Source of the DNA: Eledone cirrhosa
Lineage: Eukaryota
Direction of reading: 5' to 3'
Assembly (NCBI GenBank): GCA_964016885.1
Contig: OZ024740.1
Span: forward strand, 265,174,001 to 265,238,000
DNA: 64,000 bases
Shown here: positions 1 through 13,268 of the stretch, piece by piece
How the letters are laid out: every line of letters begins with the position of its first letter
Position numbering within the stretch: position 1 is the first letter of the stretch
Notes under the pieces: model-generated
What the model saw: only the letters and a program-made list of their open reading frames with translations
What the model was told of the DNA's origin: nothing
The model's database searches: none
Position numbers and translations under genes: made by a program

Positions 1-537
1 CGTGTATTACTTCAACATGCATAAAAATGATTGTTATATAAAAACATTGATATCTGTATTTCTCATTCACCAACGTACCACATACATAATGTGTACACAC
101 ACACACACACACAATTATATGTATATATATATATACACACACACACCCATACCTATATAGATATCTGTGTGCATATATATATATATATACACACATACAC
201 ATATATACTTATTTCATTTGTTGGGCTGTGTCACTGCCATTAAGGCGGTAGACTCCTATATTGACCGCAGTATTTCGTCTTATAATGATATCAATAAATC
301 TCTTAGATACGAAATGCATAACGGACATTGGTTTGAGTAGATATTTATGTATGAATGCACCTGTTTATATACCATACAGTCATACACACGAACACTCACT
401 CACAAGCATATCAGAAGTGTGTGTTTTGCTTGTATGTGTTTGTGAGTATATGTTTGTTGCACAAAAGGTGTTAGCTGGTGTTACAGTCAGTGTTTTTTGA
501 ACATTTGTTTGTGCTTGTTGTTTATTGTTGTTAATGT

Positions 538-616
538 TGTTGTTATTGTTGTTGTTGTTGTTGTTGTTGTTCTTCTTCTTCTTCTTCTTCTTCTTCTTCT
601 TCTTCTTCTTCTTCTT
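538..616. repeat. Compound (GTT)n-(CTT)n microsatellite
   Basis: Directly visible; explains the poly-K/poly-N ORF 380..778. Confidence 0.95.
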
Positions 617-744
617 GCCATATCCCTCCTTTGAGACCTGGAAACTATATTTATTGGAAATCAATATGTAGCTGTTTGTTACTGTCGTTGTTATTTTAGT
701 GGTACTCATTTTGTTAGTGGTGGAGCTGTTTCTTTCTGTAATAA

Positions 745-916
745 CTGTTTCTACTTTTGGCACAAGGCCAGCAATCATCCCAGTTCATTATTGGTACTTT
801 ATTTTATCGACCCCATAAGGATGAAAGGCAAAGTTACCCTCGTCGGGATTTAAACTCAGATCGTATAGTGCTGTAACTAAAGCATGGCGTCTGACCCTCT
901 ACCGATACTGCCAATA
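745..916 (-). mobile_element. tRNA-derived SINE (Meta-domain-like central region)
   Basis: Reverse complement of the copies at 24446 and 37776 (TGGCAGTATCGGTAGAG...GAGTTTAAATCC...GCCTTTCATCCTT...GGGGTCGATAAAATAAAGTACC). Confidence 0.85.
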
Positions 917-2589
917 GTGTTGTAATAATTGTTTACTCTTCTAACTCCATTAGCTCTTCTTTGTTCTCTATAGATTAAATTCATATGGCTTTTTAGCCAT
1001 ATGAATATACCAATTAACTCTACATCAATTAATAACTTACCATCTTTAAAATGAAGAATACGTTGGATAGCTATTGAATATTCTCATTATAAAACGGCGA
1101 TCTGCATTCTCAGAGAAGCCGGATATATATATATATATGAAACATCTGCATTGGTAGTCAAGGAATCAGGCAACGGGATCTAAATATCTCCTTAGAAGAA
1201 AAACGATTACGTAAAATATCACATGCAAGTAATATTCTAAATAAATGAATACATGCATAAATGGAGAGTACAAAACAAAAACACGCAAAAATAATATTGT
1301 ATTAAATAGAAAACTCACAACATTAATCTTTAAAAAATATCGCAATAGTGGCTTCAAAGAAGCTTAGAGACTAAGACTTATAAAGGCAAAACAAAAGCAG
1401 TGCATAACATTCTAATGTTATATATACGTTATCGCTATAAGAAAAAGTATTTTTTTGATAAATAGATTGGAAGGAAACCGCAGAAACAATTAGTTATAAC
1501 GTCTGTCTTAGCAAAGGCTGAAAGCAACATCAGGTACTACAAACGTACTAAATGCTTACACAGCAGAGTGTACCAGTAGCAGTAAAAAAAAATTACTGAC
1601 TAGTACAAATTAAGTTACACTAAAATATATCATGATCACTCGAATATGAAATATAACAAATATTGTAAATGTAGTATTGCCGAATGATTAATACGGTCAC
1701 ATCGTAATCAACATTTTCTAGGTTCGATTTCAGTGAGTGGCATCTTCGAAATGTGTCATTTACCATAACCTTGGGTGGTTCCTCACTCTTAAATTTGGTT
1801 GATGGAAAATGTTTGAATTGAACCTGTAGTTGAAAAGACTAGCCTTTGAATTACAGTCAGTTAAAAGGATAATAACTTATTGGCCAATATAAAAGGCAAA
1901 TGAACGCAGGATCCATTTGAACTTTAATCCTTTAATGTTAAAACCGGCCCAAACCGGCCAGAATTCTCTACCTCTTTTTGTTGAAACTGGCTGTAACTGG
2001 TCGCTCAAATTGATGTTAAGGTATTGTTCTCAAAATAAATACTTTCAAAATCTCATAGATTCGATATTATGTGAGATAATTATGCAAGGTAACGCCTTTA
2101 ACATGAAAATATAATATATATATAGAGTAATGTGAATGCTAAAGGGTTAAACAAAAAGGCTGCACCTAAACGCTGTTTGCTATTTTACTCGTCGCCATAC
2201 ATGTTTTCTTCATTCAACTCTCCTTAATACACATAGGTAATAAAGTATGCTTGACCTTGTATATCTGAGAAAACGCAGCATTTGTACGGAACATTGGGAA
2301 ATAATCTGATTTATAGTAACGATTTCTCAGATAGCTACAATGGTATAACTATAATTTATTGCAAATCTCGAAGAGCACAGGTTTATTACTCTTCCACAAG
2401 ACAACAAATGTTTGAATAGATGTTGCCGTAATTCTTATTGGGGTAGTAGGGGCGCCGTATTGACATACGGCATTTTTAGGGCATTTTTATACCTGGTATA
2501 GCACATCCCCTCTCCAGGTATGAATACAGCAGATTTCTTTCAAAGGAGAATAGTAAGAGAATGAAAGTGAGAGAGAGATACAGAGGAAG

Positions 2590-2735
2590 AGTCGACCTCG
2601 TACTAGACTGATACATTTTTATCGACCAGGAATGGATGAAAGGTAAAGTTGACGTCGGCGGGATTTGAACTCAGAGAGTAGAGAACCGAAATGAATACTG
2701 CAAAACATTTTAGTCAGCTTTCTCACGACTGCCAA
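2590..2735 (-). mobile_element. Degenerate SINE of the same superfamily
   Basis: TTTTATCGACC...GGATGAAAGGTAAAGTTGACGTCGGCGGGATTTGAACTCAG matches the SINE reverse complement. Confidence 0.7.
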
Positions 2736-2978
2736 TAATCACCTTCATAAATCATTACGGATGTAAAATAAGAAATTAATTCTACCTCAGCTTAAAAATT
2801 GTATCTAGATAGTTGACTTCAGAACATTTAAATTAAAGGCATATCCTTTTTAATATTTTACAATTTTTTTTATCCTTTATTTTTTTTATTTATTCTTGCT
2901 GTGGACATATAGTTATTCTAAAACCCAATATTAAGTGTATATAAACGAATATGGGGTCATCTGCTAACAGTTTAGATG

Positions 2979-3248
2979 TGTAGCGACCCCTAGGGTAAAA
3001 AAAAGAGAATTAATTAGAGTTACTTACAGTAGGCATTATAAATAGAAAGACTTGTCTTTCTCACTCTCTTATTCGCTGCGGTCTCTTTCTGACGAGCAGC
3101 TCTCTATACTTCGGAACTGAACACTATATGTACAGAGAATATCACCTCTATCTTGCATGCTCGGATTGCTTTATCTTTATTTCTCAAGTCGTTGGTTACT
3201 AGCGGTATCTTCCGGAGAAGATTAAACCAATAAACCAATTCCCTATAC
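2979..3248 (+). mobile_element. 5' LTR of Gypsy element
   Basis: Starts TGTAG, contains TATAAATA and AATAAA, and ends immediately before a PBS. No 3' LTR is present to confirm the boundaries. Confidence 0.65.
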
Positions 3249-3260
3249 TGGTGACCCCGA
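3249..3260 (+). promoter_or_regulatory. Primer-binding site (tRNA-Trp type)
   Basis: TGGTGACCCCGA is the start of the known tRNA-Trp PBS (TGGTGACCCCGACGTGAT). Confidence 0.8.
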
Positions 3261-3480
3261 AAAAAGAACCAACGCTAAAACTGGACTCCTTCGTTTTGAA
3301 CACGTTATTTTTCTGAAAATTATCTCGCGTGTCTGTTGTTCGACCAAGCTTTCGTTTTGACACATCTTTGCTTGTTCGGTGTTACTTTTACTTAAGTTAT
3401 CCATGGTACTACCACGTGTGCAGTAGTTGTAGAAAAAAAACGACGAAGCAATTTCTTGTTCAGCGTCCACTGTGTCAATT

Positions 3481-6400
3481 ATGAGCAACTCGTCGTTACC
3501 GGCATTTTCTGGTGACGCTAAATTGTGGTTTGCCCAGTTGGATTAATATTTTGCCGCCAACGAGGTTCAAGCGGCACAACAGAAATTACACGTGCTAGTT
3601 AGTGGAATTCCCGCTTCGCTGGCAACCACAGTTAAGGACATCATTACAGATCCTCCAATAGGCACCTCTTACGACTCCTTAAAAGCAGAAGTGATCCATA
3701 GGAACAGTCGGTCGTCTGAAAGTAGATTACGTTCCTTGTTAGATGAAAATTTGGGCGACAGAACTCCTTCTGAGTTTTTACGGCGTATCCGGGAACTTAG
3801 CGATTCAACCACCGAGGATAATTCCTTCGTAAAGAAGCTATTCTTCTCCCGTTTGCCAAACAATGTGCAGACCATATTGGCGAATATGGTCGACACCAGT
3901 TCCTTAGAATAGATTGCTGCCACTGCGGACCGAATTATGGAATTTTCTAGAGAACCTACCTCGGCGGATTCGGTCGTCGCTTCTTCTGCCTTTAAAAACC
4001 ATCCTGTCTCACCACGTGAGGACCCCATGTTGAGAGCCATTGACGCGTTAACACGTCAACTGGCTAAACTGTGTCGGGATCGAACGTCATCTAGATGGCG
4101 TTGACGAAGGCGGTCTTCTTCTTCTTCTTCTTCTTCTTCTTCTTCTTCTTCTTCTTCTTCTTCTTCTTCTTCTTCTTCTTCTTCTTCTTCTCCTCATCGT
4201 CGCCCCAACTCCTCCGCCAATAATTCATCTTTATGCTGATACCACAAGCGTTTTGCTGAGGACGCGAACCACTGTATACAACCTTGTTCAATCGTGAAGT
4301 CGGGAAACGCCAGAGAGGTTCGCTGAGAGCGGCAGTTGACCTTAGCGTAAAGCCCCCAAACCGCCACCTCTTCATTAAGGACCTACTGTCTGGAAGATCC
4401 TTCCTCGTGGGCACAGGAGCCTCCTGTAGTATTTGGCCGGTCCATTGCATGAAGGATACCCCTGTCGAATCATCCATTACTCTGCAGGCCGTTAACCACT
4501 CGCCTATAAAGACGTACGGACAAATTCGCTTCCCCTCAAATTACAAAATCTCGTAGGGATTTTAAATGGATGTTTACGGTCGCTGACTTGCCATATCCAA
4601 TCTTGGGAGCGGATTTCCTCCACAATTTCTCCTTGACTGTAGATATCCGAAAGCCAACGTCTAGTGGATGACATCACCGGCTTCTCAATTCGTGGCCGAA
4701 AAGCCAGTGCTCCAACGATCAGACCAATATTCTTCCTCGCTGCCACTGGAGACGCCTACCATTCGTTGTTAGGATCATTCCCGGAGCTCATCGATGGAAA
4801 TTTTCGAGTTGCGGAGCCAACTCACGCAACCGAACATTTTATTTCCACAACCGATGCTCCAGTATTTTCAAGTCCACATCGTTTAGCAGCAGACAAGTTT
4901 GAAGGCAGCACGGTCCGAGTTCGACCATATGCTGCAGCTGGGCATTATTCGCCCATCTACGAGTCCTTGGGCTTCCCCGTTACATATGGTGCCCAAGACG
5001 TCTGGCGACTGGAGACCCACTGGGGATTATAGGAGGTTAAATGCGATGACCGTCCCGGATAGATATCCGATTCCCCACCCCCAGGATTTTGCATCTTCGT
5101 TGCAGGGTTGTAAGATTTTCTCCAAACTGGATTTAGTGCGATCTTACCACCAAATTCCAGTCAGGAAGGAAGATATTCTGAAAACGGCTATTATGACTCC
5201 TTTCGGATCCTTTGAGTTTTTAACCATGCCTTTTGGTCTTAGGAATGCTGCTAGCACTTTTCAGCGGTTCATAGACGAGGTTACTCGTGGTCTGGACTTC
5301 GTTTATGCATATATAGATGATCTTCTCGTCGCAAGTTCCTCTCCAGAAGGGCATATGCGTCACCTGAAACCTTTTATTTTTGCCTACTCTAGGATTACCG
5401 TGTTCGAGTAAATCCCGCAAAATGTGTTTTCGGATCCACTTTACTAAATCTTTTAGGTCATGTCATCGACGCCGAAGGTATTCGACCCCTTCCTCGGCGA
5501 GTTAAGGCTATAGAGGATTTACCTACGCCTACCTCACTTCGCCAGTTGCGTCACTTCCTAGGCCTAATCAATTTTTATAGACGTTCCGTCTCCCAATGTG
5601 CAAAATGACTGTTTTCCCTTACCGATATTTTGAAAAATTGTCGTAAGAAGAATGAGGATATTGCCTTCACACAAGCACAACTCGAAGATGTCCAGACTGC
5701 CAAGTCAGCACTTGCTAATTCATCTTTGCTAGCCCACCCAGTACCCGATGCCAAGCTTTCGCTTTGTGTTGATGCATCTGATACCGCCGTGGGAGCAGTT
5801 TTTCAACAGTATAACGCTAAACACAAACAACCTTTGGCATTTTTCTCCAGGAAGCTGAAACCGGCAGAAACTTGTTACAGCACGTTTGGTCGGGAGTTAT
5901 TAGCCATATATTTTTCGGTGAAACATTTTTCTCATATTCTTGAGGGAAGAAATGTTATGGTTTTCACTGACCACAAACCTCTGACCTTCGCTTTGAGGGC
6001 TAAAGCCGACAGATATCCGTCCAGAGAGACAAGACACTTGATTACATTTCGCAGTTTACCAATGATATCCAGCACATTTCTCGTTCACTAAACACAGCCG
6101 CAGTCGCCTTGTCACGTTTGCCAATCAGCTCGATTTCGTCATCCCAGGAGATAGATTTAAGTCGTTTGGCAGCAGACCAACCTGCACTCGAATCGTTGGA
6201 TACTTCATCAGCTGAATTTGCGACTTGCAACCTGAAATATCTGCCCTTGTCGACCACCGACAGGCAGATTCTCTGCGATGTAACTTCGGATTCACCACGA
6301 CCTTATGTTCCCGAGATACACCGTCGAATTGTGTTCCTTGCTCTGTACAGCATTTCTCTCCCAGGATCTTCAGCCACAGTAAAGCTCATAACAGCTAGAT

Positions 6401-6930
6401 TTTTTCTGGCCCAATATGAGGCGTGAAATTACTTCTTGGTGCCGCTCCTGCATACAATGTCAAAAATCTAAAGTCCACAGACACATCCAGGCTCCACTGG
6501 GTACTTTTACTACTCCGGATGCTCGTTTTCGACACATCCACATCGATATCGTTGGACCTTGGCCAGTCAGTAGTGGATATTCTTACCTTTTGACCTCCAT
6601 TGATCGTTTTTCACGACGGTCTGAAGCCATCCCCATAAAGGACATTACCGCCGACACGATAGCGTGTGCCCTGGTATCAGGGTGGATTGCCTGCTATGTT
6701 GTGCCAACCACAATTACTACAGACCGTGGTAGGCAATTCGAATCACATCTTTTCTCGGAGTTAACAAAAATTATTGGCGTTCAACGCATTCGGACTACAT
6801 ATTATCATCCTGCTTCAAATGGAATGGTGGAGCATTTTCACCGCCAAATAAAGGCCGCTCTTCGTGCTTATCCAGACTCTCTACGTTGGAGTGAGTACTT
6901 TCCTATTGTGTTGTTAGGAATTCGGTCTTC
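3481..6930 (+). pseudogene. Ty3/Gypsy gag-pol pseudogene (gag, protease, RT, RNase H, integrase), 3'-truncated
   Basis: gag LPAF..LWFAQL and LGDRTPSEFLRRIREL; protease FLVGTGAS; RT SPWASP..DYRRLN..MPFGL.NA..YIDD; RNase H VDAS..RELLA..TDHKPL; integrase HIDIVGP..TDRGRQF..YHPASNG. Many stops and frameshifts. Confidence 0.95.
4114..4190. repeat. (TTC)n microsatellite inside Gypsy gag
   Basis: Directly visible. Confidence 0.95.
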
Positions 6931-8098
6931 AATAACTTTCTTCTCTGTTTTGTATAGATTATTTAACCCCGTGGATCGCTGACGCTGTTGCCAGACATTG
7001 TTTTTGAAGAGTTCGGGAATGGATTGTGTGTGGAGACTTTGGTTGAATTGAATCTGGAACTGAATCTTGAACAACTTATAATTTTCGGTCTGGGATCTTA
7101 TACATAGAGGGTTTTTTTTATGTATAAATCCAGCATGTAATTCATGTGACCGGATGTGATGTTACGTTTGAGTGATAATTTATATCCAACTATTTTGTAA
7201 TTTTGAATGATCTACATATGTTGTTATTTAGACGGATTAGTTTTCTACCGACAATCCCACTTCTATTTAACCCCTAGACATTCGTGAAATATGTAATCGA
7301 TTGGTCTAGCCTATACGGTTAATATACATGTGTAATAACTTTGCCAGTTGGTTTTACAGTAACTAATATAATAAGATTGTAACAGCTCTTTCTTACAATA
7401 ATCCCGATTGCTTGTGCATAGCCTGCTTGTTATGTCATGCCTGTCTATATACGTGTTATACTAAGCTCTATCCTCTAATAACCGTAATTTGCTTGTGTAT
7501 GGCTTGCACTTATGTGATACCCACCTATATGATTGTGGACCATCAATTGGCTACGTAATTCGGATACGTACCAGTATAACTTGAGTATGTATAACATGGT
7601 GGGGATTCTGATTACTATGGTCTTTCTGGATGTACTGCAAGGATCTCCTAATGCTTATATAATTATAAGTTACGGGGATTCTATCCCCTCGTTTTGGTAG
7701 GAACCAGCGCTTAAATTCCCCTGGCTTCTTTATGTGCTTAAAACATTTTTCTTCTTTCTTATTTTATTTCTTTTTTAAAAACTTTTTTTTTTACTTTTCT
7801 ATTTGTTTACCTTTTTACTCTTTATATTATCTTCCTTTTATTTTTTTATTTTTTATTATTTTTTTTAATGTTATATTTTATTATTTTTTATTATATTTTA
7901 AACATTGCCTGTGTCTTTTGCTTTTGCTTTTGTGTGCCATCAATTATATCTGCATCTTGTCGAATCCGCTAGTGCCCTGGCATTTAGCTGTGGTGATTAA
8001 CAACCACAACATGAACCCCCTCCTTGATCGCCATCTCCGATCTCCCTATCTTTACCCTCTTTTATATTCTGATTGTTCGAGTGACTAGGCTCTGTGGA

Positions 8099-8197
8099 GC
8101 TTACACTCAGCACTGTGTTTATTAAGCTCTGAGGATTCCTACCAAAAGGCATGGATGAAACAATGTAAGCAAATAAAAACTGTTTGAGTATGTAAGT
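8099..8197 (+). ncRNA. Type-I hammerhead ribozyme with extended imperfect stem I
   Basis: GCT-CTGAGGA(8129)-TTCC..TGGAT-GAAA-CAATG-TA-AGC; predicted GUA site after 8167; flanks pair imperfectly. Confidence 0.65.
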
Positions 8198-8239
8198 GTT
8201 CTTTGGTTTCTTTTAAATATATATGTATATATATATATA

Positions 8240-8366
8240 TAGTTATGTAATAAACCACATAAGATAAATTATTTCCTTTACCAATGGTTTCTTGAAGACA
8301 GATATTTATATATGTCTTCAGTCGTCAGAAAGAATAACTTATCTTATTTTGTTTATTACATAACTA
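8240..8366 (-). ncRNA. Type-I hammerhead ribozyme with about 35-bp stem I
   Basis: Minus strand: TTATTCTTT-CTGACGA-CTGAAGACA..TGTCTTCAA-GAAA-CCATTGG-TA-AAGGAAATAA; outer arms TAGTTATGTAATAAAC / GTTTATTACATAACTA. Confidence 0.75.
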
Positions 8367-8589
8367 AAAAGCTCTGTAGCTGACATAGAGCGGTCTCTTT
8401 TCCTTTACCTTTCCTACGGAAATACTTCATTTATATATAAGCAAAGAGATATTTAATATGTTGGTTATTGAACAAATTTATTTTATCATAGATTCGAAGC
8501 ACTCCACAATTTTTCTGGAGTATAATATCAATCATATTTATGAATAGAAACTATATTTATAAAACCATATTTATTTTATTATCATCATT

Positions 8590-9570
8590 GAAGCTATGTA
8601 TACCTTCTCGTACGTATATTTGACTGTTATAGCGTATAATTTTTACATATTCTGGTATTTAGGGTTTGGCTATGTGTATACGGGAGTTTTGCGTCCGCGT
8701 GAGTGTGCAGGTTCGTACGTATGGTGGGTGTGTGTATATGTGTACTTCTTGTTTTAGTTGACTTACGTCTCCGAACATTCGTGTATTTATATGTAGGTAT
8801 GCGTGTGCGCTTGTTATATACGTATTTATTTACTTATATACGTTTATATAATTATTTATTTATTTGTACACAAACATACACACACACACATATTTATATG
8901 TGCGTGGTTTTGTATACCCATGGTAAGGTTTTGCGTATGCTTGTGTATGTGCGTATCTGTTTGCGTGTATGCATTTATTTGTTCCTATTACTTCTGTATT
9001 GTATTTATTTACTTTGTTCTTAACTCTGTAGCGGAGATTCATTTGGTCTCCTAGTTAGAATTTTAGTCTACGATTTCTGCTATACCATTTACGTGGTTTT
9101 GTCTTTGCGTGCTATTGTTCTCCACGCTCCACATATGACGTATTATCTTCGTTTTTTCGTTCATTGCCAGAGAACGTCTATATGCACCACTTAAGAGAAC
9201 ATTAGTCTACGACCTCTTTTATACCATAAACGTGGTTTTGTCTTTGCGCGTAATTGTTTTTCACCGCTCCTTTTAATGACGTATTATTCGTTTTTTCCCG
9301 TTCTTTGCCAGCGAACGTTACCACGAACCAAAGTATCGTCTTCCTGTCTTCCTCCGGTTGCAACGTTTTTCGAAATATCCAGTTCTGCGTTTACAGATTG
9401 ACTTTGTTAGTTTCAGAAGATCCCGTTAAGGGTGAAAGCAGCGATTCTTTGCTTAAACTTTAATCTGTTATTTTAATAAATATTTGCTCTACGGTTCTTA
9501 TATATTTGATATATATTTTCCTTATCGAGCCCTCTTTGGATTTTAGTCTACAATTTTATTATTATTACTA
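8590..9570 (+). mobile_element. 3' UTR/pLTR of PLE family A, ending in (TA)n
   Basis: Homologous to 10520-11370, which lies downstream of a PLE endonuclease fragment; carries an HHR-like motif. Confidence 0.8.
9409..9459 (+). ncRNA. Hammerhead-like motif with variant core CAGAAGA (family A)
   Basis: AGTTT-CAGAAGA-TCCC gttaa GGGT-GAAA-GCA gcgattctt TGC-TT-AAACT; stems I, II and III all pair. Confidence 0.65.
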
Positions 9571-9574
9571 TATA

Positions 9575-9675
<101 letters not shown>

Positions 9676-9761
9676 ATATATTTGTATATATATGTATATA
9701 TATATATACATATATATATATACAAATATATATACACACACATATATATATATATATATAT

Positions 9762-11366
9762 AGTAATAATAATAAATTTGAAGATTAAAATCCAAAGAGG
9801 GCTCGATAAGGATAAATATATATCAAATATATAAGAACCGTAGAGCAAATATTTATTAAATTAAAATTAAAGTTTAAGCAAAGAATCGCTGCTTTCACCC
9901 TTAACGGGATCTTCTGAAACTGACAGAGTCAATCTCTAAACGCAGAAGTGAATATTTCAAAAAACGTTGCAACCGGAGGAAGACAGGAAGACGATACTTT
10001 GGTTCGTGGAAAGGTTCCCTGGCAAAGAACGGGAAAAAACGAATATAATACGTCATTATTTGGAGCGGTGAAAAACAATTACACGCAAAGACAGAACCAC
10101 GTTTATGGTATAAAAGAAGTTGTAGACTAATATTCTCTTAAGAAGGAATATGACGTCACTTTCAGTTTATATCTGGAGTCTAAAAGACAACCACACCCAA
10201 TATAAGTTACACTGGGAGATCCTAGCTACGGCTAGATCGTATAACGGAAATAAAAGACCGTGTGACCTCTGCGCCACTGAGGCCCTGGAAATACTCTACG
10301 CCACAGACGACATCTTAAACAAAACAACTGAGGCAATTTCGGCTTGTGAACATAAATTTCACAAAACTTTCCTGTATTACAGCCCCACATTATACCCTAA
10401 CGGATAGTACGATCTATACGCGGATATTTTATGTCTTGATGTGGTAGCTAAGTATATGTTATTTTTATACCATTACTTATTTTCATAGGTAAGTATTTAT
10501 TACCTGTATGTGTTGTGAAGGTACGTATACTTTCTCGTACGTATATTTGATTGTATATGTTATGGCGTATATTTTTTATATATTCATGTACATACGCTTT
10601 TGACTATGTGTATACGTGAGTTTTGCGTCTGTGCGAGTATGCGGGTTCGTCCGTATGTAGGGTGTGTGTATATGTGTACTTCGTGTTTTGGTTGACCTTC
10701 GTCTCCGAACATTTGTGTATTTACATGTAGGTATGTGTGTGCGCTTGTTATATACGTATTTATTTATTTATATACGTTTATTTAATTATTTTTATACACG
10801 CACACACACACACACATATTTATATGTGCGTGTTTTTGTATACCTATGGCGAGTGTTTTCGCGTATGCTTGTGTATGTACGTATTTGGATGCGTGTATGT
10901 ATTTATTTAATTTCAATTATCTCTGTATTTTATTTAATTTACTCTTAACTCTGAAGCAGAGAATCATTCGGTTTCCTAGTTAGAATTTAATCTACGACTT
11001 CAGTTATACCATTTACGTAGTTTTGTCTTTGTGTGCAATTGTTCTCCACGGTCCACATATGACGTATTATCTTTGTTTTTCCCGTTCAATGCCAGAGTAC
11101 GTCTCTATGAACCATCTAAGAGAATATTAGCCTACGACTTCTTTTATACCATAAACGTGGTTCTGTCTTTGCGTGTAATTGTATTTCACCGCTCCAAATA
11201 ATGACGTATTATATTCGTTTTTTCCCGTTCTTTGCCAGGGAACGTTTCCACGAACCAAAGTATCGTCTTCCTGTCTTTCTCCGGTTGCAACGTTTTTTGA
11301 AATATTCACTTCTGCGTTTACAGATTGACTTTGTCAGTTTCTTTGCTTAAACTTCAATCTGTTATA

Positions 11367-11370
<4 letters not shown>
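9762..11370 (+). mobile_element. 5'-truncated PLE (Naiad-like, tentative): inverted pLTR 9762-10143, endonuclease C-terminus 10144-10407, 3' UTR/pLTR
   Basis: Peptide TSLSVYIWSLK..WEIL..SYN..CDLC..E..ILNK..C.HK is homologous to the C-terminus of the 41345 element; 9762-10143 is the reverse complement of the pLTR; flanked by (TA)n on both sides. Confidence 0.85.
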
Positions 11371-11416
<46 letters not shown>

Positions 11417-11420
<4 letters not shown>

Positions 11421-13268
11421 TAATAGTTTCATCACTTTACATGACATGGCTGAATACAAGATATTTAAATTTGAGTGTTTTGAATATTAATAATTATTGT
11501 TATTCGAATATTCGATTCGTTTGCAATTATGAAAACAGTCTCTTAAGCAATATGAGTAGAACAAACTTGGCATTGTTGCTCTTGTGTTGGCATTTAAACA
11601 AAACGGCAGACACTTGTGTTTCTGGGTGATTACCCTTCATCATTGCCGTATACTTGCCAACTGCCAGAGCTAGTGAAAATATATGATATTTTCTGGAATA
11701 TATATAGTGACTGATCGGCTTGATTTACATATTAGCAGTCTCCTGATCAGTCAGATCAGCATATTAGTGGACCCACTGATCAGCCAGATTTGGATATCAG
11801 CAGATATGTCAGTTTTATGTATACGAGCGATTAATGGTCGGCTTTGCCATATTCAAATTATTAAGAAATAGTTTTATCGCTCTACATGGCTGAAAACAAG
11901 AAATGTGAATCTGAGTTTTTCGAAAATTAATGATAATCTTCGATTTGTTTGCAATTATGCAAACAGCCTCTTAAGCCATGCGAGTAGAACAAACTCGTCA
12001 TTGCTGCTCTTGTGTTGGCATTTAAACAGAATGGCAGAGACTAATGTTTCTGGGTGATTACCCTTCATCAGTACCGTATACCTGCCAGGGTCTATGGTGG
12101 GGAGACGGAGTCGTTCGTTGTTGGGACCGGTGTTCGGCAGGGGTGTGCGCTATCGCCAACTCTCTTCAACTACGCCATTGACTACACTCTCAACACAGCG
12201 CTCCGGGATTACACGGGCGTGGAGGTCGGGAGAGGAGTCGTGGTGACGGACCTGGCCTACGCGGATGACATCGAGCTGATGGGCGCTAACGGGACAGATG
12301 TACAGGGAGCTCTCGAAAGGGTGTACACTGCAGTCACACCGAAAGTCATGACGTCACTGGTCTCACCTGATGCCTGGCAGCCGATATCTCTCGAGGGCGT
12401 GGACCTGGAGGATGTGGAGTCCTTCATTTATCTGGGCTCAACAGTGGATCCAACGGGACAAGGCGCAGGCGAGGTCAAGCGTCGTATAGGTGCTGCCAGA
12501 TCCGCTTTTGGGCGCCTCCAGCGGTGTCTGTGGGACAGAAGAGAGATCACCTCGGCGACCAAAGGGCGAATCTACCAGGCCGTCGTTCGAACTATCCCCC
12601 TCTATGGCTGTGAAACATGGCCTATGAGGGTAGTCGATCAACGGGGGCTGGAGGTATTCGACAATGACTGTCTCCGCCGCATTCTTCGCTGCCGAGGCGT
12701 TGATCGGGTACCTACCGCCAGTCTTTGTCTTCGCCTGAATCGTCGACCCCTTCCTTCAGTGCTTCTGCAACGGCGCTTGAGGTGGTTTGGTCACGCGGCC
12801 CGGCGCCCTGAGGGTGAGCTAATCCGCGATGTTCTCCTCCCACCTCCACTCCCTAACTGGTGCAGGCGCGTTGGCGGGCAGCTGAAGACCTGGGTAACGA
12901 CGATCAAGGAGGACCTCTCCGAACTCTCAGATCCGCAGCTGGTCGGCCTGCGCCGATGGAACCGTGACTGGCTCGCTATCTCCAGTGACCTAGCCCGGGA
13001 CCGTCGTGCGTGGGGTGCGATGGTTCGGGATGCCGTCAGGACAAGGGAAGAAGCTGGCTCAACTCGTCCAGGGTGAATGTCGACACATGTACAAGTACAA
13101 GTAAGTACCTGCCAACTGCCAGAGTTAGTGAAAATATATGTTATTTTCTGGAATATACAGTGACTGACCGGCCTGATTTGCATATTAGCAGACTGCCTGA
13201 TCAGTCAGATCTACATATTATTAGACCCAATGATCGGCCAGATTTACATATTAGCAGATATGTCAGTC

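Noticed and set aside
6931-7720. Possible decayed PLE ORF truncating the Gypsy element
   Set aside because: Context is suggestive (T-rich UTR and HHR downstream), but no motif could be read with confidence.
11700-11812. About 32-bp subrepeats resembling a CRISPR array
   Set aside because: Degenerate tandem units without unique spacers, eukaryotic context, no cas genes.
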